The notes below the pieces were generated by a model. It was not told the origin of the DNA. It did no database searches and saw nothing but the letters and a program-made list of their open reading frames with translations. A stretch of DNA of 64,000 bases, taken from the NCBI RefSeq assembly GCF_036000465.1, contig NZ_DASYFV010000070.1, positions 614-64,613 on the forward strand, written 5' to 3'. The position numbers and the translations under genes were made by a program. This document shows positions 41,550 to 51,644 of the stretch, piece by piece. Origin of the DNA: Jatrophihabitans sp. (GTDB lineage Bacteria > Actinomycetota > Actinomycetes > Mycobacteriales > Jatrophihabitantaceae). Numbering within the stretch: the first letter of the stretch is position 1; each line of letters starts with the position of its first letter.

Positions 41550-42877
41550 GCGCGTCCGTCCTCGATGGGGTCGGTGGTCGGGGGATCGCCGTCGGCGGAG
41601 AGCGCCGGCACGGCGCTCAGCGCGGCGCACAGCGCGAGAGGCACGTAGGCGAGCCGGTCGGTGAGGCTGTTCTCGAGCGACGCGAGCACGGCCCCCCCGA
41701 ACGCCGCCACGAACAGCGGCGGAGCGAGGGGATGCTCCCGCAGCAGGCGACCGCTGCGGACGAGCCCACCCACGGTGAAGATCAGCAGCCCGACCAGCAG
41801 CAGCAGCCCGCCGCTCGCCATCGCCTGGATGTAGACGTTGTGGGCCTCGGCCGCCACCTGCAGGCCCACGCCGTCGATCGGCGAGTGCTTGAAATCGCGG
41901 ATGCCCTGCGCACCGACCTCCGCGCGGACCTGGTCGCTGCCGGTCACCGACGAGTCCTCGCCGCCGAGCCGGACGGCCTTGAGGACAGCCCGGCCGAGGC
42001 CGGGCTGGGCCACGAACGCGAAGGCGGCCCCGAGGGCCAGCAGCAGGCTGACCGTCGGCAGGATCCGGCGGTACGCCGGGATCAGGACGAACGATCCGAG
42101 CGCCACGAGCACCATGATGGCCGCGCCGCCCCGCGAGCCCGACGAGTAGACGCCGACGAGCTGGGCAACCGCCAACGCGCTGCCGGTCAGCCGCTCGCGC
42201 AGCGTCGGTCGCGCCGCCAGCCACAGCGCCATCGGCAGCGCCATGACGCAGGTCGTCGCGAGGAAGTTCGGGTGCACCGTCAGGCCGGCGGACCGGTCGG
42301 TGGACACGAGGACGCCGGTGAGCGTGGTGGCCAGGTTGCTCACGCCGAGGACCTGCGCGACGGCGAGGCCGGCCGAGATCGCGCTGCCGGTCGCGAAGCC
42401 GATCATGCACCGCCGCAACGCGTTCGCGGTGTGCTGCTGGGCGAACATGAAGATGAGCGGCATCGCGACGATCGGCACGAGGAACTTGGCGCCCACTCCC
42501 AGGTTGGTCGCGATCTCGATGGTTCGCTGGCCGGCGGCGTCGACGACCACTCGCTGCGCGAGGAAGAGCGGATCGGTCGGGATGACCTCGTGGGCCACCG
42601 TCACGACGAGGATGGTCGTGCCGAAGGCCCACACCCACCCCGGCAGTCTCGGCCACGGGTTGCCGAGGTCGGTGCCGGCGAAGAGCAGGAGGGCGAGCAG
42701 CAGCAGGACGTCACCGAGCCGGAGACCACCGAACAGCCATCCGTTCCACGGCGTGGCGACGGCGGTCAGGTAGGTCGTCACGACCGCCGCTCGGGCCAAC
42801 CCGGTGTTGTGCGGTGCCGCCGGCGGCAAGGCCGGGCCGGACGGCGACCGGGGGTCGAGGATGGTCCTGCTGGTCAC
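41546..42877 (-). CDS. Wzy/O-antigen ligase family polymerase
   Basis: Multi-TM protein; HPNFL, SGSRGG, PIDGVG, HNVY. Confidence 0.85.
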   Translation of the reverse strand: MTSRTILDPRSPSGPALPPAAPHNTGLARAAVVTTYLTAVATPWNGWLFGGLRLGDVLLLLALLLFAGTDLGNPWPRLPGWVWAFGTTILVVTVAHEVIPTDPLFLAQRVVVDAAGQRTIEIATNLGVGAKFLVPIVAMPLIFMFAQQHTANALRRCMIGFATGSAISAGLAVAQVLGVSNLATTLTGVLVSTDRSAGLTVHPNFLATTCVMALPMALWLAARPTLRERLTGSALAVAQLVGVYSSGSRGGAAIMVLVALGSFVLIPAYRRILPTVSLLLALGAAFAFVAQPGLGRAVLKAVRLGGEDSSVTGSDQVRAEVGAQGIRDFKHSPIDGVGLQVAAEAHNVYIQAMASGGLLLLVGLLIFTVGGLVRSGRLLREHPLAPPLFVAAFGGAVLASLENSLTDRLAYVPLALCAALSAVPALSADGDPPTTDPIEDGRA

Positions 42878-43063
42878 CGAAGTCTGCTCGTCATCGAATG
42901 GGCCCCGCTCGGAGGTATCGGGCGGCCTGGTTCAGGCGGGCCGGCAGTCAGGCGGGCGGCCGGCGGCCCGCTCCTGGCGGTTCGACGGTACAGGCAATCC
43001 CGGCGGGTCGCGCGTTATCACATTCAGCAGGCCGAAGCCCGGCCTGTGTTGCATCATTGCCGG

Positions 43064-43858
43064 ATGCCGAGTCTCGCCCATCGTGTCCGCCGGATCGCGC
43101 AGACCCCCCGAACCTTCACCAACTGGCCGGCCGTCCTGCGCGGGCTGGCCGATCCGCGCGCGCGTCACGAGTCCCTGTCGTTCACGACGCGGAACGGGCT
43201 GACGATCTCCTGCCCGAACGTTCCGGGCGCGCGGGTTCCGGTGTACGAGGTGTTCGCCGAGGACTGCTACCGCATCGACACCTTCCTCGCCCCGTTCCTC
43301 GGCGAGCCGATCGGCGTCGTCGACATCGGCGCGCACATCGGCGCGTTCGCCTGCCAGCTGGCGGCGAAGGCGCCCAGGGCGCGGCTGCGGTGCTTCGAGC
43401 CGTCCCCGACGACGGCCGGTTTCCTGAGGCGCAACGTGTGGACGAACAACTTCGAGGATCGGGTGGTGGTGCACGAGCTGGCCGTGGGCGCGCGCACCGG
43501 TGCCGCGGTGCTGGCCGACAACGGCGGTGGCAGCGCCCTCAACAGCATCGTGGACCCTGACTCCGGCGGCAGCGGGGTGACCGTGCGCACCACCACGTTC
43601 GACGCGATCGTCGAGGAACTCGGCGGCGTCGCCGAGGTCGTCAAGATGGACTGCGAAGGAGGCGAGTACGAACTCGTCCTCGGTTCCTCGCCGGACAGTT
43701 GGGCCGGCGTGCAGCGCATCGTGCTCGAGTACCACCCGCACCCGGACCACACCTGGCCCGAGCTGCGGGCGTGGTTCGCCGAGCAGGGCCTCGTCGTGAC
43801 CGCGGAGGAGGTCGAGAACCCGGCCCAGGGGACGGCCTGGCTCGAGCGGCGGGGCTGA
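43064..43858 (+). CDS. FkbM family methyltransferase
   Basis: VDIGAHIG, FEPSP, VKMDCEGGE, LEYH. Confidence 0.92.
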   Translation: MPSLAHRVRRIAQTPRTFTNWPAVLRGLADPRARHESLSFTTRNGLTISCPNVPGARVPVYEVFAEDCYRIDTFLAPFLGEPIGVVDIGAHIGAFACQLAAKAPRARLRCFEPSPTTAGFLRRNVWTNNFEDRVVVHELAVGARTGAAVLADNGGGSALNSIVDPDSGGSGVTVRTTTFDAIVEELGGVAEVVKMDCEGGEYELVLGSSPDSWAGVQRIVLEYHPHPDHTWPELRAWFAEQGLVVTAEEVENPAQGTAWLERRG

Positions 43859-43864
43859 CCGACC

Positions 43865-45094
43865 TTGCCCCGACTCCCGCCGGCCCTGCGACCGTTCTGG
43901 CCCTACGGGAAACGCGCCTACACCCTCGCGACCCGCGGCGTCGCCGGCGCGTCGATGCGGCTCAGCCGCCGCCGTCACGGTCACCTGCCGCTGCGCTGCG
44001 CCGACACCGTTGCCGCGGCCGCGGCCGGGGACGCCTCGGTGCGCGTGCACGTGGTCGGGCCGGCGACCTCGGTCGACCGCCCGCCGCCGGCAGGCGTGCC
44101 GCAACCGCCGCCGCCCCTGCTCCGCGAGGCGCACGCGGACTTCGCGGAGCAGGTCGTCGTCGACCTGCCGGACGGCCGCGTGCTCGGCCCGCACCGAGCG
44201 GTGATCAGCGGTGACGGCACGTTCCTGCACGGGCTCGTGCGCTACTTCGGCACGACCCGCGCGCGCGAGCACCCGATGTTCCTGCACCCGCGCGTCGACG
44301 GCCCGCAGGTGCAGGACGACGTCGTGGCCGTCCTGGCGTCGCGCGGCGACGGCAACTACTACCACTTCCTGCACGACGTGATCGCGCGGTTGTCGGTGCT
44401 CGAGCGGTGGCGCGACGCCCCGGCGATCGACCGCTACTACCTGCCGCAGACCACCCGCTTCCAGCGGGATCTCGCCGCGCTCGCCGGCATCGACGGGGAC
44501 CGCATCATCGACAGCGATGCCGCACCGCACCTGCAGGCGCGACGGCTGGTCGTCCCGGCGCTGCCCGACCTGGACCTCGGTCACCCCGCGTGGGCCACCG
44601 ACGCGCTTCGCGAGCGGCTGCTGCCGGCCGAGGTCGCGGCCGTGCCCGGTCGCTGCATCTACGTGACCCGCGGCCGGCAACGTCACAACCGCATCGTCCT
44701 CAACGAGGACGAGGTCCTCGCGGCGCTGGCGGCGTACGACGTGCAGGTGGTCGACCCGTCCGCGCTGACCGTGGCCGAGCAGATCCGCACGTTCGCCGAG
44801 GCCGAGCTGATCGTCGCGCCCCACGGGGCCGCGCTGGCCAATCTCACCTTCGCCTCAGCCGGCGCCGCGGTCGTCGAACTCTTCGCGCCCGACTTCGTCC
44901 AGGGCTGTTACTGGAAGCTCGCCGCCACCGTGCCCGGATTGTCCTACCGCTATCTCGTGGGCGAGGGGCGCACGAGTCCGCGTCGCGCGGGACTCGGTGT
45001 TTCCTCGGACATCCTTCTCGACGTTCGCTCGTTGAAGCGTGTGGTTGACGGTGTCGCCCCCGCGGCGTCATCGGACCGTCGAGCGACGTCCTAG
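43865..45094 (+). CDS. GT61/DUF563 glycosyltransferase
   Basis: NYYHFLHD, IYVTR, RIVLNEDE, EQIRTF, APHGAALANLTF. Confidence 0.9.
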   Translation: MPRLPPALRPFWPYGKRAYTLATRGVAGASMRLSRRRHGHLPLRCADTVAAAAAGDASVRVHVVGPATSVDRPPPAGVPQPPPPLLREAHADFAEQVVVDLPDGRVLGPHRAVISGDGTFLHGLVRYFGTTRAREHPMFLHPRVDGPQVQDDVVAVLASRGDGNYYHFLHDVIARLSVLERWRDAPAIDRYYLPQTTRFQRDLAALAGIDGDRIIDSDAAPHLQARRLVVPALPDLDLGHPAWATDALRERLLPAEVAAVPGRCIYVTRGRQRHNRIVLNEDEVLAALAAYDVQVVDPSALTVAEQIRTFAEAELIVAPHGAALANLTFASAGAAVVELFAPDFVQGCYWKLAATVPGLSYRYLVGEGRTSPRRAGLGVSSDILLDVRSLKRVVDGVAPAASSDRRATS

Positions 45095-45154
45095 GCGGTT
45101 CTCGCGGTCCTCGGACTGTCGTCACGCCGCCGGGCGTACGAAGAAGGGCAACAC

Positions 45155-46573
45155 GTGACTCTCCGCTCGTACCAGCGCGCTCTTCGGGAGCGTTGGCGGT
45201 TGCTGGCCCTCGTCCTGCTGCTGTCGCTCGGGCTGGCCGTGCTCATCACCGCGGCGACGCCGAAGGTCTACCAGGCCGACGCGCAGATCTTCGTCACGTC
45301 GAACGGCGACCGGGCCTCGACCGGCCAGTACGACGAGCAGGCCGCGACGCAGGCGCAGGTCACCACCTTCTCCCAGCTGGTGAACATCCCGCAGATCGTC
45401 GACGCGGTGCGGACGAACCTGAACCTGGCGCTGAGCGAGCAGCAGCTGGCGGCCAAGATCAGCGCCACCGCACCCCCGCAGCAGACGCTCGTGATCATCC
45501 ACGTCCAGGACGGCTCGCCCGACACGGCCGCCGCGATCGCGAACCAGACGGCGACGGAGTTCATCCGGGTCATCGAGGACCTCAAGCGGCCGACCGACTC
45601 GGGCAAATCGGCCGTCCGGCTGTTCGTCACGGACCGGGCGGTGGCCCCGGCGGCGCCCATCTCGCCGAACCTCACGCTGAACGTCGCCCTCGGCGTCATC
45701 CTCGGTCTCCTCTTCGGGGTCGCGCTGGCCGTGGCCCGCGACGTCCTGGACAACCGGATCAAGGAGGCCGACCAGCTCGCGGCCGCCGCGGGCGTGCCCA
45801 CGATGGGCGTGATCGTCGACGACCAGAAGGCCGCGCGTCACCCGATCGCCACGCGGGCGGGTACCCGCAACATCCGGGCCGAGAACTTCCGCCAGCTCCG
45901 GGCCAACCTGCAGTTCGCGAACGTCGACGCGCACCCCCGGGTGATCGCCGTGACCAGCTCGATCCCGACCGAGGGCAAGACGATGGTCGCGATGAACCTG
46001 GCCTCGACCCTGGCCGAGGCCGGCTTCACAGTGTGCCTCGTCGACGCAGACCTGCGCCGCCCGACGGTGGCCAAGCTGCTCGGGCTACCCAGCCCGGTCG
46101 GCCTGACGAGCGTGCTGATCCACCAGCTCGACCTCGACGAGGCCCTGCAGAGCGCGGGGTCGAACCTGTACCTGCTGAGCTCGGGACCGACACCGCCGAA
46201 CCCGAGCGAGGTGCTGGCGTCGTCCTACGTGCGGACGGTGATCCGCTCGCTGCTCGACAAGGTCGACTACGTCATCATCGACACCGCGCCGCTGCTGCCG
46301 GTGGCCGACGGCTCCGAGGTCGCCGCCCTGGCCGACGGCACGTTGCTGGTCGCCCGGCACCGGCTGACCACCGACGGGCAGGTCAAGCGCGCGAAGGAAG
46401 CCCTCACCCGGGTCGATGCGAACCTGCTCGGCGTCGTGCTCAACCGCGTCCCGGGTGGCCGCGGCAGCGAGTACGGCTACACCTACTACCGCGCCGACAC
46501 CGAGAAGTCGGCCGCGCACTCCAAGCGCACCCCGGCTCGGCTGCGCGGCAAGAAGGAAACCGTCTCCTCCTGA
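45155..46573 (+). CDS. Polysaccharide co-polymerase/BY-kinase (Wzc/CpsCD)
   Basis: Wzz-type N-terminus, Walker A SSIPTEGKT, VDADLRRP, IIDTAP, Tyr-rich tail YGYTYY. Confidence 0.95.
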   Translation: MTLRSYQRALRERWRLLALVLLLSLGLAVLITAATPKVYQADAQIFVTSNGDRASTGQYDEQAATQAQVTTFSQLVNIPQIVDAVRTNLNLALSEQQLAAKISATAPPQQTLVIIHVQDGSPDTAAAIANQTATEFIRVIEDLKRPTDSGKSAVRLFVTDRAVAPAAPISPNLTLNVALGVILGLLFGVALAVARDVLDNRIKEADQLAAAAGVPTMGVIVDDQKAARHPIATRAGTRNIRAENFRQLRANLQFANVDAHPRVIAVTSSIPTEGKTMVAMNLASTLAEAGFTVCLVDADLRRPTVAKLLGLPSPVGLTSVLIHQLDLDEALQSAGSNLYLLSSGPTPPNPSEVLASSYVRTVIRSLLDKVDYVIIDTAPLLPVADGSEVAALADGTLLVARHRLTTDGQVKRAKEALTRVDANLLGVVLNRVPGGRGSEYGYTYYRADTEKSAAHSKRTPARLRGKKETVSS

Positions 46574-46624
46574 AGGCGGTTCCCCCCGGACCGTCCTCCT
46601 CCACCCCATCCCAAAGGAACTCAC

Positions 46625-47605
46625 GTGACCTCAGTCGACGCTCTCGTCACCGGTGCCGGTGGCTTCATCGGTGGCCATCTGGTCGGCGCGTTGTTGCGGG
46701 ACGGGCTGTCCGTGCGCGCGGTCGACATCAAGCCGGTCGACTTCTGGTACCAGGAGCACCCCGACGCCGAGAACCGGCGCGGCGACGTGTCGCTGCTGGA
46801 GACGGCGTGCCGCTCCGCCGAGGGTGCCCGTGTCGTCTACAACCTGGCCGCCGACATGGGGGGCATGGGCTTCATCGAGAACAACAAGGCCGCCTGCATG
46901 CTGTCGGTCCTGACCAGCACGCACGTCCTCCAGGCCGCCCGCGACGCCGGCGCCGAGCGCTACTTCTACGCGTCCTCGGCCTGCGTCTACGCGGCCGAGC
47001 ACCAGACCTCGCCCGACGTGACCGCGCTGCGCGAGTCGCACGCGTACCCGGCGATGCCCGAGGACGGCTACGGCTGGGAGAAGCTGTTCAGCGAGAGGAT
47101 GGCGCGCCACTTCCTCGAGGACTACGGCGTGCAGACGCGCGTCGCGCGCTACCACAACGTCTACGGCGAGCACGGCACGTGGGACGGCGGGCGGGAGAAG
47201 GCCCCCGCGGCCATCTGCCGCAAGATCGCCGTCGCCGCGATCACCGGCGAGCACCGGATCGAGATCTGGGGCGACGGCGAGCAGACCCGCACCTTCATGT
47301 ACATCGACGACTGCGTGCGCGGCACCCGCATGATCACGGCTGCCGACGACCCGACCCCGGTGAACCTGGGCAGCAGCGAACTCGTCTCGATCAACCAGAT
47401 GGTCGACATCGTGGAGAAGATCGCCGGCATCACGGTCGAGCGCAGTCACGACCTGAGCGCGCCGCAGGGCGTGCGCGGGCGCAGCAGCGACAACACCGAG
47501 ATCCTGCAGCGCTACGGCTGGGAGCCGTCGACCACTCTGGTCGACGGGCTCGAGCGCACCTACCGCTGGATCCACGACGAGGTCAAGGCCTCGCTGGCGC
47601 CGTAG
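46625..47605 (+). CDS. GDP-mannose 3,5-epimerase-like SDR
   Basis: NLAADMGGMGFI, YASSACVY, YGWEK, HNVYG, GGREKAPAA.CRK: the plant GME motifs including catalytic Cys and Lys. Confidence 0.85.
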   Translation: MTSVDALVTGAGGFIGGHLVGALLRDGLSVRAVDIKPVDFWYQEHPDAENRRGDVSLLETACRSAEGARVVYNLAADMGGMGFIENNKAACMLSVLTSTHVLQAARDAGAERYFYASSACVYAAEHQTSPDVTALRESHAYPAMPEDGYGWEKLFSERMARHFLEDYGVQTRVARYHNVYGEHGTWDGGREKAPAAICRKIAVAAITGEHRIEIWGDGEQTRTFMYIDDCVRGTRMITAADDPTPVNLGSSELVSINQMVDIVEKIAGITVERSHDLSAPQGVRGRSSDNTEILQRYGWEPSTTLVDGLERTYRWIHDEVKASLAP

Positions 47606-47630
47606 GTGTCGGCCCTGAGATGAGCCCCTC

Positions 47631-49460
47631 GTGTCCTCGGCGGTGAGCAGGGCCCGCCGTGCCCTGCGCCGCCGGTGGCGGCGGCTGCGCTACGACACGC
47701 GGGCCATGCAGCTCACCCGGAACCTCGCCAAGCTCGTCCTGCTCCTGGTCGGTCTGGGCCTGGCCTGGATCGTCGTCACGGGGTTGGTCGCGAAGCGGGA
47801 TCTCGCCCGGCTCGAGGGCCGAATCGCGGCGGTCCGCAACCTGGTCGCCGAGGGCCGGATCGCCGACGCGCGGGCGGTGGCCCGGTCGGTGCCCGCGGCT
47901 GCCGCGCACATCCGTCAGCTGACCTCGGGACCGGCCTGGTGGGTCGCCGCCCATGTGCCGGTGCTGGGCTCGCCCGCCGACGTGGTCCGCGGCACGACCG
48001 TCGCCGTCGATCGGGTCGGCAGCCAGGTCGTCCCCCAACTGCTCGACGTCGCGACGGAGGTCGATCCGGCGTCGCTGCGGTCGGCGGGAGACACCGTCCG
48101 GATCGACAATCTCGTGCGCTCGCGGCCGCGGCTGACGGCGGCAGCCGCGTCCCTCGCCCGCGTCAGCGACGAGGTCGGCCGGCTCCCCTCCCGGACCTGG
48201 CTCGGCGCCGTCGACGACTACCGGGTGCGCTTCACCCAGGAGCTGCGCGCCATTCGGGGTTACGTCGACGCCGCGGCGCGGGTGGCCGACGTCCTGCCGC
48301 CGATGCTCGGCCGCGACCATCCGCAACGGGTCTTCATCGGGCTGCAGAACGAGGCCGAGGCGCGGGGCACCGGCGGCCTGCCCGGCGCCTTCGCCATCGC
48401 CACGGTGAACCACGGGGTGATCCACTTCGACCGCTTCGAGAGCGACTCCGCGCTCATGCCGCCCAACCCGCTGCAGCAGATCAGGACCGGTCTCGATTTC
48501 GGGACGCAGTACGACGCGCTGTACGGACCCTCGCTGCCGACGACGACCTTCGCCGACTCGAACGTGAGCCCGGACTTCCGCTACGCGGCGCAGATCTGGG
48601 CGGCGATGTGGCAGCGGACGACCGGGCAGCACGTCGACAGCGTGATCGCGCTCGACCCGACCGCGCTGGCCAACTTCCTGGCCGTGACCGGTCCGGTGTC
48701 GATCGGTCCGGGCCGCGGAGTCGTCAGCGCCGACAACGTCGTGGCCCTCACCCAGCGCGACAACTACGCCCTCTTCGCCGACAACCTCGCGCGCAAGAAC
48801 TACCTGGTTGCGATCCTGCGGGCCGTGGCCCACCGGGTGACCAGCGGTGTCGGGAACCCCGTGCTGCTCGTGCGCGCGGCCAGCCTGTCGGCCGAGCAGC
48901 AGCGGCTGCTCGTCTGGAACCGGGACGACGGCATCGAGGCGCGCATCCGCGAGACCGGGTTCTCGGGGGCGCTGCCGGCGGGGGCCCCGCCGTTCTCCGG
49001 CGTCATCGTGAACAACGCGGCCGCGGGCAAGCTGGACTACTACCTGCAGCGGTCGGTGACCTACGCCCGTACCGGCTGCGGGCCGACGCGCGACGTCGTC
49101 GCCACCGTCCAGCTCACCAACGACGCTCCCGCGAGCGGGCTGCCCAGCTACGTGACCGACCGGTTGGACACCCCGCCACCGGGCGCCCGGCCCGGCGACA
49201 GTCACATCATCCTCGACTACTACGCGACCGAGGGCGCCCTGCTGCAGGGCGTCACGGTCGACCGGCAGCGCGCGACCGCCGCCGTCCAGGACGTCTCGGG
49301 CTTCACCGTGGCGCGGCTGGACGTGCAGCTGCCCCGCGGCCGCACCCGGCAGATCGTGCTGCACTTCACCGAGCCGCCCGGACAGGGGCCGCCGGTCGTG
49401 TGGCGGCAACCCGGCGTCACGCCGATCTCGGTGCAGACCTTCAGCCAGGCCTGTTCGTGA
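47631..49460 (+). CDS. DUF4012 domain membrane-anchored protein
   Basis: LQNEAEARGTGG, SNVSPDF, VIALDP, GKLDYYL; N-terminal TM. Confidence 0.85.
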   Translation: MSSAVSRARRALRRRWRRLRYDTRAMQLTRNLAKLVLLLVGLGLAWIVVTGLVAKRDLARLEGRIAAVRNLVAEGRIADARAVARSVPAAAAHIRQLTSGPAWWVAAHVPVLGSPADVVRGTTVAVDRVGSQVVPQLLDVATEVDPASLRSAGDTVRIDNLVRSRPRLTAAAASLARVSDEVGRLPSRTWLGAVDDYRVRFTQELRAIRGYVDAAARVADVLPPMLGRDHPQRVFIGLQNEAEARGTGGLPGAFAIATVNHGVIHFDRFESDSALMPPNPLQQIRTGLDFGTQYDALYGPSLPTTTFADSNVSPDFRYAAQIWAAMWQRTTGQHVDSVIALDPTALANFLAVTGPVSIGPGRGVVSADNVVALTQRDNYALFADNLARKNYLVAILRAVAHRVTSGVGNPVLLVRAASLSAEQQRLLVWNRDDGIEARIRETGFSGALPAGAPPFSGVIVNNAAAGKLDYYLQRSVTYARTGCGPTRDVVATVQLTNDAPASGLPSYVTDRLDTPPPGARPGDSHIILDYYATEGALLQGVTVDRQRATAAVQDVSGFTVARLDVQLPRGRTRQIVLHFTEPPGQGPPVVWRQPGVTPISVQTFSQACS

Positions 49461-49468
49461 GCCGGCGC

Positions 49469-51004
49469 TCACCCCGCCGATTCGACGACGACCTCTGCGG
49501 GCGCCGGCACCGCTGACTGGAACCGGGGGTCGGCCCGGTCGACGACCAGCAGCAGGTGATGCCCGCGCGCGACGGTCCAGGCCACCGGCGGCAGGGCGAG
49601 ATCGAGATCCCGCGGCCGGCCCGGCGTGAGTCCGGTCGCCGTCACGGGCTGCCAGGTCATCAGCCGTCCCGTCCCGCGCTCGTCGACGTCGTAGAGGTAG
49701 GCGTACACGCTGGCCGCGCCGGCGCTCGGGCTCTCGATCCGCATCCGCACCCGCACGCTTCCGGCGACGACGCTCGGGCGAGCGGTCGTCGGCCCCGTCC
49801 AGAGCGCCGCCCGGTCGGGCGTGAGCTCCCGCGTCGTGATCTGCGGCGGCACGTACGGGCGGAACGTGAAGAACTGCGTCGGGCCGCTCGTGGCGACGCT
49901 GTCCGATCCGGCGGCGAGCGTGGCGGGCAGATCGACCGGTCGGAGCGTCGCCGGGGACGTCGGCCACGTGCTGAACCGGTGGACCGCCCCGGTCACGACG
50001 TCGCGCAGCTCGATCGGGCTCGCCCCGTGCGCCCGGCCGGCCCGACCGCGCAGGTAGTGGTCGAGCCAGGCCCGGGCGTCGTCCATCGTGGTGTCGGGCC
50101 GGCCGAAGAGGGCCCCGAGTTCCGGCCCGGCGTGATCGCCCGGGGCGAGCTGTAACCGTTTGGGACCGGTGAGCCGGTTGAACAGGGTGACGAGCTGGCC
50201 CGGCCCGAACAGCGAATCCTCGTACGCGTTCGCCAGCAGGATCGCCGGCCGGTTGGCGTTCAGCTGGGCGACGTAGGTCAGCGGTGAGCGCGCGGGGGAC
50301 ATCGCGCGGATCACGTCGCCGACGGCGGCCGGGTCGTCGGCCAGGGTCTGGCGCAGGTGCTCGACCTCGGGGGCCAGTCGCAGCGTGCCCGGTGCTGCCC
50401 CGAGCAGCAGGCGCAGGCCGAGAACGCTCGGCGTCGACTGCGGATCGAACGACGCGGCGAGGTCGGACCACGTGCTGAGCGCGGCGACGGCGCGGATCCG
50501 TCGGTCGTGCGCGGCGGCCAGCAGCGAGATGCCGGCGCCGTAGGAGATGCCGAGCAGGCCGATGTGGCTCCGGTCGGCCGGGGTGTGGGCGAGGGCCCAG
50601 GTGATCACGGTGCTCGCGTCGCGCTGTGTGGCCGGGCCGGCGAAGTCGACCGCGCCCGTCGACGTCGCGAAGCCGCGCTGGGCGTAGGCCACGACCTGGT
50701 AGCCGCTCGACGCGAGCGCGCGGCCGACGGCGCGGTACTCGGTCGCGGGCTGCCCCCAGCTCGCCGGCATCACCACGAGCGGGTGCGCCCCGCGGCCCCG
50801 CGGCGTGATGATCTCGGCGGCGAGGCTGACGCCGCTGCCGACCGGGACGGTGGCCGGGCGGTCGGACGCGACCCCGCCGATCGACGGGCTCGATCCGGAG
50901 CCGGGCCCGATCATCGCCACGACGGCGATGGCGGCCACCAGCACGAGCGCGGCGACGGCGACGAGCAGCCGCCGGGTGGGCGACGTCAGGGATCCCACGT
51001 TCAT
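49469..51004 (-). CDS. CocE/NonD (S15-like) exported hydrolase
   Basis: N-terminal TM/signal, AQRGF, GISYGAG, GDH, C-terminal jelly-roll-like region. Confidence 0.82.
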   Translation of the reverse strand: MNVGSLTSPTRRLLVAVAALVLVAAIAVVAMIGPGSGSSPSIGGVASDRPATVPVGSGVSLAAEIITPRGRGAHPLVVMPASWGQPATEYRAVGRALASSGYQVVAYAQRGFATSTGAVDFAGPATQRDASTVITWALAHTPADRSHIGLLGISYGAGISLLAAAHDRRIRAVAALSTWSDLAASFDPQSTPSVLGLRLLLGAAPGTLRLAPEVEHLRQTLADDPAAVGDVIRAMSPARSPLTYVAQLNANRPAILLANAYEDSLFGPGQLVTLFNRLTGPKRLQLAPGDHAGPELGALFGRPDTTMDDARAWLDHYLRGRAGRAHGASPIELRDVVTGAVHRFSTWPTSPATLRPVDLPATLAAGSDSVATSGPTQFFTFRPYVPPQITTRELTPDRAALWTGPTTARPSVVAGSVRVRMRIESPSAGAASVYAYLYDVDERGTGRLMTWQPVTATGLTPGRPRDLDLALPPVAWTVARGHHLLLVVDRADPRFQSAVPAPAEVVVESAG

Positions 51005-51011
51005 GGGCGTC

Positions 51012-51620
51012 TCACGTCCCGTCCGGGTCGGTCCCGCCCGACGTGACCAGGATGTCGGCGAGCCCGCGAGGAGCGAATCGCCGGGCGAAGTCGCGCTCGT
51101 TCGGGCCCCACACGTCGGTCCACAGTTCGGTCTCGAGCACGCCGCGGGCCACCGCGCGGGCCACTCCGCGAGCTGTGGCGGTGTCGAGGTCGACGTCGAG
51201 CCAGATCGTGGTGTCCAGCAACGGCAGCAGTTCGGGGTGGAGCAGCCCGATGCCCTCGACGATCAGGCCGGACCCGACGGCCCGCGTGACCGGCTCGGTG
51301 CACCACGTCAGCCAGTCGTTGCAGCTGTCGTAGGTGATGCCGGTAGCGCCGCCGCGGACCGGCTCGAGGACCTGCGTGGCGAGCCGCTGCCGGTCGAGCC
51401 CGGACCAGTCCGGCGACCGGGTGATCGCTTCGGCAGTGGCGAACTCGTCGATGCCGACGACCGAGGTTCCCAGCATCTCGCCGAGCGCGTCGGCGAGGGT
51501 CGTCTTCCCGCTGCCGCCGTATCCCGAGATCGCCACCACGCCGGGGCGATCACGCGGGGCCCGCTGCCGGATCAGCGCCGCCAGCTCCGCCAACGAGGGG
51601 CGGTACGCGAAACGATCCAT
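51012..51620 (-). CDS. Uridine-kinase-like P-loop protein
   Basis: GYGGSGKTT, IVEG, IWLD; TAGGTT -10 lies 7 nt before ATG 51620. Confidence 0.8.
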   Translation of the reverse strand: MDRFAYRPSLAELAALIRQRAPRDRPGVVAISGYGGSGKTTLADALGEMLGTSVVGIDEFATAEAITRSPDWSGLDRQRLATQVLEPVRGGATGITYDSCNDWLTWCTEPVTRAVGSGLIVEGIGLLHPELLPLLDTTIWLDVDLDTATARGVARAVARGVLETELWTDVWGPNERDFARRFAPRGLADILVTSGGTDPDGT

Positions 51621-51644
51621 CCCGCTCAACCTACCGACGGGGCG

